40,157 nucleotides of DNA from a virus. Its lineage: Duplodnaviria > Heunggongvirae > Uroviricota > Caudoviricetes. The notes below the pieces were generated by a model. The model searched no databases. It was not told the origin of the DNA and worked only from the letters and a program-made list of their open reading frames with translations. Location: IMG/VR virus record IMGVR_UViG_3300046557_000835. The stretch is one strand, 5' to 3'. This document shows, piece by piece, positions 35,108 through 40,157 of the stretch. Each line of letters begins with the position of its first letter. Within the stretch, counting starts at the first letter, position 1. The translations under genes were made by a program, and so were the position numbers.

Positions 35108-37252
35108 TTAATAATAGTCCATGGCCAATTGGCTCAAGTCATCGTGGTTAAAGTAGAATCCAATCGTTTCCAATACCAAGTAAAACATGGCAGTTGCTTT
35201 TTGCACGATCTTACGTACATCCACCGCATTCATGATCTCATCCGGAATACCCTTGGACGAAACAATGGGGAGTGGTAACTGCAAGGACGTGATCTTATCC
35301 CGGTTGTTTTCTTCCAACCAGTTCCGCATCGCCGCCGCGATGGTTTGGTCCGGCATCTTTTCCAGCCAGTTGTTGGTCTTGGTCTTGCTGTCCAACTCCA
35401 GACTCACGTAAATCGCTTTGTACGGAGGCGGGGCGATCTTGCCATACTTCTGCCCGAACACGTCGTTCCACATGCCGTACTGTTTGTAAGTGGAGGTTTC
35501 AGCGCCGTTTTTGTAAGCGGCCGGGTCTTTGACCGTGCTGAGTTTGAGGAATTTGAATTCTCCTTTGCGGATCGACTCCACGATACTGCGCTCCAGGTCA
35601 GCCACTTCCTTCACATACTTCAGGGCACTAATTTTACCCGTGGTCATGATGTCGTCCATGATGGCGAGCATCATGTTCTCGTTTTGCTTGACCAGCGCTT
35701 TCGGAGCGTTCGAGGATTTCAAGTGCACGCCCTTGATTTCCTTCTTCAGCTTCTTCATGATATTGCCTTCTTGGCAGCTGATCTGGGCGTAGTAATGCTT
35801 ACCCAGCTGCGTCAAGGCAAAGACGTCGAACTTGAATTCGTTCTTCATCTCAATCGTAAAGGCGTGGTCGCGGCCGATACCCACGTTGGCCGACATCTTG
35901 GCCAGGATGTGCACAATCGACTGCGAGGCCAAGAAGATCATAGTCGCGCAGATCGCGTCGTAGGTCGCGTCAAACTTGACTTGCTTGCAATACCAGATGA
36001 TCCAGTCTTGGGTGGTGAAGATGGTCGAGTCGGTATCGGACACCAACACCACACGGCGCAGGCTGCTCGGCAACATCGCAATCGACGCTGGCAGATTGTC
36101 GGTGGCCCAGAAGGTGCGGATCAAGTCGGCGTAATGCCAGAGCGTGATCGCGATCCGTTCGGTTTGCGCTGCCACCAACCCATAGCCGTGTGGGTCGTTG
36201 GTCTGGATATCTTTCAGCGACTTGCCTTTGGTGACTTCAGGCTGGAGTTGCTTGGCTAGGTTGAGGAAGTCTTCTGGCCATTTTTTGATGACGCTGGCGG
36301 GATCGGCCACAGGTACATCCACCCGTTGAATAAGGCGTCCCATAAAAGCGCGTACAAAATCATCATTGAACTCCTTCAATTGGTACATGTCGCCAGTGTA
36401 CACATACGCTGCGCGTTGTACCGGGGTTAATCGGTTGATGAGATCACGAATCCGGTTGTAACCGGGCTTCGAGTTCCAATACAATTTGGCCGAACGGTAA
36501 ACGACTTCGAAGGTTTCTTCTGCGGTGGGATAATGCAGTTGATACTTTTCCATCACTTGCTCGACTGCTTTCAAGTCGGTGTGCGAGATGATGGAAATAA
36601 TGTTGTAACGGGTGACGTCATACGACCAGTAATGGCGGTTGCTGGCCAAGAACCGTTCGTTGTTGGCGTTACCGTACGCTGAGGTTTGGCGGCACGACGA
36701 GGTCAGCGACGAGTGGCCGGTCTTGTTGGTGATCGGGTTGTGTTCACTCACCATGGCACCGGATACAGCGTTGTTCGCCAGCTTCTCAGTGGTCTGCGAG
36801 CCCTTAAAGAACTTGTAGTTAAAGCTCTCTTCCCCTTCGTCCTGTTCAGCGACGAACATGGCCTTCTTGGCCTTGCCCCGACTTTTCACGTTGTCGTCTT
36901 GGAACTTCGACAATGGCGACAAACGCACCCTCGGGTTGTGATAGGTGGTAAAGGTTGGGGCAAAGATTTGTTCTTGTTGTAAGATCTCACCGATGTACTG
37001 CGACATCGACATGACGCCCTCTTCTCGGTCACCGGTATCGAAATCTCGTTCCAGAAATACCGCGTTTGGTTCTTGCAGCGGGAAGTCACCACCTTCCGAG
37101 AGTTGTTGCTTAACGAATTGACGCGCTTGATCGTAAGGAATACCTGCCATGATCGCCAAGTGATTGGCGTGTTGGTGGACAGCATCGCGGAGCGGATTGA
37201 TATCCCGCTGGTATTCTTCTGCTTTGGAAATGAATGGGCTATCGCGTGACAT
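35108..37252 (-). CDS. Split family-B DNA polymerase, catalytic subunit (phiKZ gp50-like)
   Basis: Motif B KLANNAVSG and motif C VSDTDST; lacks motif A and the exonuclease motifs. Confidence 0.9.
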   Translation of the reverse strand: MSRDSPFISKAEEYQRDINPLRDAVHQHANHLAIMAGIPYDQARQFVKQQLSEGGDFPLQEPNAVFLERDFDTGDREEGVMSMSQYIGEILQQEQIFAPTFTTYHNPRVRLSPLSKFQDDNVKSRGKAKKAMFVAEQDEGEESFNYKFFKGSQTTEKLANNAVSGAMVSEHNPITNKTGHSSLTSSCRQTSAYGNANNERFLASNRHYWSYDVTRYNIISIISHTDLKAVEQVMEKYQLHYPTAEETFEVVYRSAKLYWNSKPGYNRIRDLINRLTPVQRAAYVYTGDMYQLKEFNDDFVRAFMGRLIQRVDVPVADPASVIKKWPEDFLNLAKQLQPEVTKGKSLKDIQTNDPHGYGLVAAQTERIAITLWHYADLIRTFWATDNLPASIAMLPSSLRRVVLVSDTDSTIFTTQDWIIWYCKQVKFDATYDAICATMIFLASQSIVHILAKMSANVGIGRDHAFTIEMKNEFKFDVFALTQLGKHYYAQISCQEGNIMKKLKKEIKGVHLKSSNAPKALVKQNENMMLAIMDDIMTTGKISALKYVKEVADLERSIVESIRKGEFKFLKLSTVKDPAAYKNGAETSTYKQYGMWNDVFGQKYGKIAPPPYKAIYVSLELDSKTKTNNWLEKMPDQTIAAAMRNWLEENNRDKITSLQLPLPIVSSKGIPDEIMNAVDVRKIVQKATAMFYLVLETIGFYFNHDDLSQLAMDYY

Positions 37253-37325
37253 GTTAACATCCTGGTTTGGCTACGTGCTACATCATGAGAACATGTAATA
37301 AAAAAGACCAAAAAAAAGACGTCAT

Positions 37326-37360
37326 AAAAAGCCGCCAAGGCACCCGAAGGCACCTTGGCG
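37326..37360 (-). terminator. Intrinsic terminator with a cUUCGg loop
   Basis: CGCCAAGGUGCC-UUCG-GGUGCCUUGGCG then GCUUUUU; the G-U pairs work only on the minus strand. Confidence 0.85.
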
Positions 37361-37725
37361 ATAAATCCCTGCTTAGGGTATCACGACTTCAAAACAAAAC
37401 CAGTTCTTCATGCTGAACAAGCATGAAAAAAGAATGAGCGGTGTTATCGATCTCAGGGATGTGAAGTGACAAGCAACTACGCCACGTCCATCGGATCAAT
37501 GCACAAAAAGGATTAAAGGCAGATCGACAATTTAGCAAACGCACCAGCTTTCGCCACTTCGCGCCACCTTACGCTACACATCCTTGTTTCACAATAACAC
37601 CGCTCACCACACCACTCCGTCGCAAACAGAGTGTGAGTCGGTCGCTGGGCCAGGTCCCTGCAACCGCCTTCGAGGATGTGTGAAGCCCTCTACTGCACTT
37701 TATACGGATCGCGGATAAAAAACGA
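37361..37725 (-). ncRNA. Candidate structured non-coding RNA
   Basis: No credible ORF. A 13 bp perfect long-range helix (37435-37447 with 37594-37606), a nested helix, two local hairpins, and a terminator at the 3' end. Confidence 0.5.
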
Positions 37726-38145
37726 TTATACCGGCACTGTAGCAATCGATTGGAAGTCGATTGCGCTGATTTTAAATCCGTTGGCGGCCAAGCATTCCAG
37801 CAGCTTGGCTTGGCTGGTACTCGACTCGTTGTCGATGGTAATGCTAAAGCGACCGAGGTTCACCAGTTCCACGGTGCTGAGGTTAACCCACTCCAGCGCG
37901 ATGATCTGGGTCTTACCCGACGGCAGCTTGATTTTCAGATACCGGTACTTGGTCGGATCTTTCTTCTGGGTAGTATCCGGCAACGACGGCGCGATCAACG
38001 CGTGGCGAGCGTAAATATCCTCCCCCAGCGCGATGGCGGTCTCCGCGCTGAGGTTGTCCATGATCAGGACGTTCTTGAAAGCGGTACCCAGTACCGCTAC
38101 GGGATACACACTAAACGAGTAGGTGCCACCGACTTCTACGTTCAT
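37726..38145 (-). CDS. Hypothetical protein
   Basis: 139 aa ORF with SD GGAG. Confidence 0.7.
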   Translation of the reverse strand: MNVEVGGTYSFSVYPVAVLGTAFKNVLIMDNLSAETAIALGEDIYARHALIAPSLPDTTQKKDPTKYRYLKIKLPSGKTQIIALEWVNLSTVELVNLGRFSITIDNESSTSQAKLLECLAANGFKISAIDFQSIATVPV

Positions 38146-38163
38146 GTAAAGACTCCATCTGAG

Positions 38164-38517
38164 TTAGTTCTTACAGCGGTGAACGCACAGATCCCAGCCT
38201 TGAATGCTGTAAGGAATGTACATCAACCGACCGTCACTATAGAGACCACGATCTTGCAACAATTGCCACAAATGCACCAGTAAATGGTAGGCAATCTTGT
38301 CAACAGCGTCATGGTCCACATTCAGATGATTGGCAAACAAAAGTTCATCGTACGATAAAATCTTGCGATCGTACATGTCTAACGGGGTACACTCGTCCAA
38401 GATATAGAACAGTTGACGGAAAACTTGTAGCTTGTCTTCGGGCGAGATCGAATAACCCAAGGCGTGCTCAAATCCAGTCACCATCTCCATCGTGTCGAGA
38501 ATGGTTACATCGTACAT
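38164..38517 (-). CDS. Small paralog-family protein
   Basis: 117 aa; C-terminal LWQLLQDRGLYSDGRLMY. Confidence 0.7.
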   Translation of the reverse strand: MYDVTILDTMEMVTGFEHALGYSISPEDKLQVFRQLFYILDECTPLDMYDRKILSYDELLFANHLNVDHDAVDKIAYHLLVHLWQLLQDRGLYSDGRLMYIPYSIQGWDLCVHRCKN

Positions 38518-39164
38518 ATCTCCACCTGAGGGTCATCATCGAGTGCCACGATGGCACAATCGCCCTCCCAACCGATGTAGTGGTATGGGAAGGTGCCATT
38601 TTTATAGAGCCCATATTCCACCAACCGTTGATAAAGTTGTTTACCAAACGACATCGCCAACCGTGCGATATGTTGCCGGGCACTGGAAATCGCCGCGGGC
38701 ACCACACTTTCGCAGATATTGGAACGGATTTGGATGTCGGCCATTTGTACCACATCGACCCAGAGTGTGCCCAAAGTCAAGCTTGGGTCCTGTTCGATAT
38801 CCCGCTTCGCCTTGATGCTCTCCAAGGCCGCGCAGACCACCATGCTGATGTCTGGATGCCATGGCGCTGCGCGTTCTGATACATGTTGCGCCAGATAGAC
38901 ACTCTTGTGCAGACTGCCATCTGGGGCGATGGTGTAGACTTCGGGGAACACCACCTCGGATTCCATGGGAACCGGGGTCGTCATGATTTCGTTGGTGATG
39001 ATGCGGTCCCATTCAAAAATAAAGCCTTCGACCAAGTCGTCGACTTTGAGGATGTACAGATCCGGATACGCTGGCGCCGGTGCAGGTGGCGGCGCGACAT
39101 ACCCAGGTGGGGTGTAACTAGGCATGTCGCTAGTCACGAGTCTGTCGTAAGGTGTAAGTTTCAT
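38505..39164 (-). CDS. Paralog-family protein with a proline-rich N-terminus and an insertion
   Basis: 219 aa; C-terminal LYQRLVEYGLYKNGTFPY. Confidence 0.7.
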   Translation of the reverse strand: MKLTPYDRLVTSDMPSYTPPGYVAPPPAPAPAYPDLYILKVDDLVEGFIFEWDRIITNEIMTTPVPMESEVVFPEVYTIAPDGSLHKSVYLAQHVSERAAPWHPDISMVVCAALESIKAKRDIEQDPSLTLGTLWVDVVQMADIQIRSNICESVVPAAISSARQHIARLAMSFGKQLYQRLVEYGLYKNGTFPYHYIGWEGDCAIVALDDDPQVEICTM

Positions 39165-39543
39165 TGTCGAGTGGCCGGTTGGTGACTTTGTAGCGTTCTG
39201 TGCCTTTCCTTAACATACCAAGCTCCACCAACTTGGCGTGCATGCTAAGACCCAGTTCCATAATACATGCATGCAAATATTGATTTAACTCGATACGCTG
39301 GCGCAGAGCATCTTCAAAAGTCGTGTGTACAAACTCGACATTCGAATACAACCAATCGTGCCGCACCATTTCATCTACTAGGTGTTTCAGATGGATGAGC
39401 GGTTCGATGTGTTCGAATATCTCCAGTATTTTCCACTTTACCTGGTCGCAGTCAATAGTGGGCAGATCTTCGCGGGCCATCTTACGCTGAAACGTAATCA
39501 CGGCTTCCTCGAAATTAACGATGTAGTGATTACCAACAGCCAC
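39130..39543 (-). CDS. Small paralog-family protein
   Basis: GTG at 39543 behind SD AGGAGG (the ORF track over-extends it to 39798); C-terminal MHAKLVELGMLRKGTERY. Confidence 0.65.
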   Translation of the reverse strand: MAVGNHYIVNFEEAVITFQRKMAREDLPTIDCDQVKWKILEIFEHIEPLIHLKHLVDEMVRHDWLYSNVEFVHTTFEDALRQRIELNQYLHACIMELGLSMHAKLVELGMLRKGTERYKVTNRPLDNETYTLRQTRD

Positions 39544-39551
39544 GTGGCCTC

Positions 39552-39944
39552 CTAAACGTGTTCTAGTAAAACGTACTCGAACGCCGACCCCAACTGAATG
39601 GAATCGGGTTTGAGCTTGCAGGCGGCGAGAATAGCGCGATGGTAGCGGACGAATTCCCAAGTCGTGCGGTGCACCATGTAAATCGCGATCACCAAGTATT
39701 GTTCCCTGGCAGGTCCCTCGGGGTCGCGAAGCATGGCTTGGTATTGCGCCGACGCATGGTACTTGTCCATGATATCGTCCAACAGGATCTGATCGCATTC
39801 ATCGCCGCCATCGGGGTGGGTGAAGTGGTACTTCAACAAGTCCGCGATCAACCCCTTAAACCCGTGCGGGTAAAAGTCAAACATGTGTTCGACAGTCGGG
39901 AATTGATCGAGGACTCCCACGGCATCAATGAGAATTTGATTCAT
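39552..39944 (-). CDS. Small hypothetical protein, possibly a distant member of the same family
   Basis: 130 aa ORF, tightly packed in the operon. Confidence 0.65.
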   Translation of the reverse strand: MNQILIDAVGVLDQFPTVEHMFDFYPHGFKGLIADLLKYHFTHPDGGDECDQILLDDIMDKYHASAQYQAMLRDPEGPAREQYLVIAIYMVHRTTWEFVRYHRAILAACKLKPDSIQLGSAFEYVLLEHV

Positions 39945-39950
39945 GGTTGG

Positions 39951-40157
39951 TCACATGTAAACCAGCAGTGTGGTATTGTCCTGGTCGAGTACATACCGCG
40001 CTGCTGCGAGTTCGTGAAACGAGATCGAAGGGAAATAACCGATCACGGTAGACATCAAGGCGTCGAGCACATGGTGGCTAAAGTGTTCGGCGTACTCTTC
40101 GTCGACGTGGTTCTTCTTTAAATAAGCGACCGCCAGATGCACGGCTGAGGTGGCTTC
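39951..40157 (-). CDS. Hypothetical protein, 3' part only (starts beyond the window)
   Basis: The frame is open to the right edge and ends DQDNTTLLVYM. Confidence 0.55.
   Translation of the reverse strand, partial: EATSAVHLAVAYLKKNHVDEEYAEHFSHHVLDALMSTVIGYFPSISFHELAAARYVLDQDNTTLLVYM

Noticed and set aside
37361-37725. tRNA, tmRNA, hammerhead or twister ribozyme, or CRISPR mini-array as the explanation of the gap
   Set aside because: No T-loop or acceptor arm, no catalytic core consensus, and no regularly spaced repeats were found by eye.
39544-39798. N-terminal extension of the 222 aa ORF
   Set aside because: Overlaps the 39552-39944 gene in another frame; a strong SD marks GTG 39543 as the start.

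Overview
A 40 kb core segment of a nucleus-forming jumbo phage (phiKZ-like, Chimalliviridae). The host cannot be determined from the sequence. Most genes lie on the minus strand. Read right to left they are: a tandem array of small diverged paralogs; a candidate ~360 nt structured ncRNA; the catalytic half of a split family-B DNA polymerase; chimallin (nuclear shell); the non-virion RNAP beta' N-terminal subunit, split inside its NADFDGD motif by a group I intron carrying an HNH homing endonuclease; an Mre11/SbcD nuclease; ChmC-, gp68- and PicA-position genes; nvRNAP beta and beta' C-terminal subunits; an SF2 helicase; a virion RNAP beta' fragment; and a partial HExxH metalloprotease. Short plus-strand cassettes hold the exonuclease half of the DNA polymerase, a probable G/GT-type frameshifted gene pair, a DarG-like macrodomain and head proteins. 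phiKZ gp numbers are assigned from motifs plus synteny recalled from memory, not from database searches. The strongest leads are: (1) a predicted -1 ribosomal frameshift at T-TTT-TTC (8740-8746) fusing two late genes; (2) the intron, whose guide sequence places the 3' splice site after an A rather than the canonical terminal G; (3) the structured RNA candidate at 37361-37725; (4) an apparent AUC start codon for the catalytic RNAP subunit; (5) a hairpin plus TATGCCG element at all four convergent gene junctions. No tRNA, rRNA or CRISPR array was seen.
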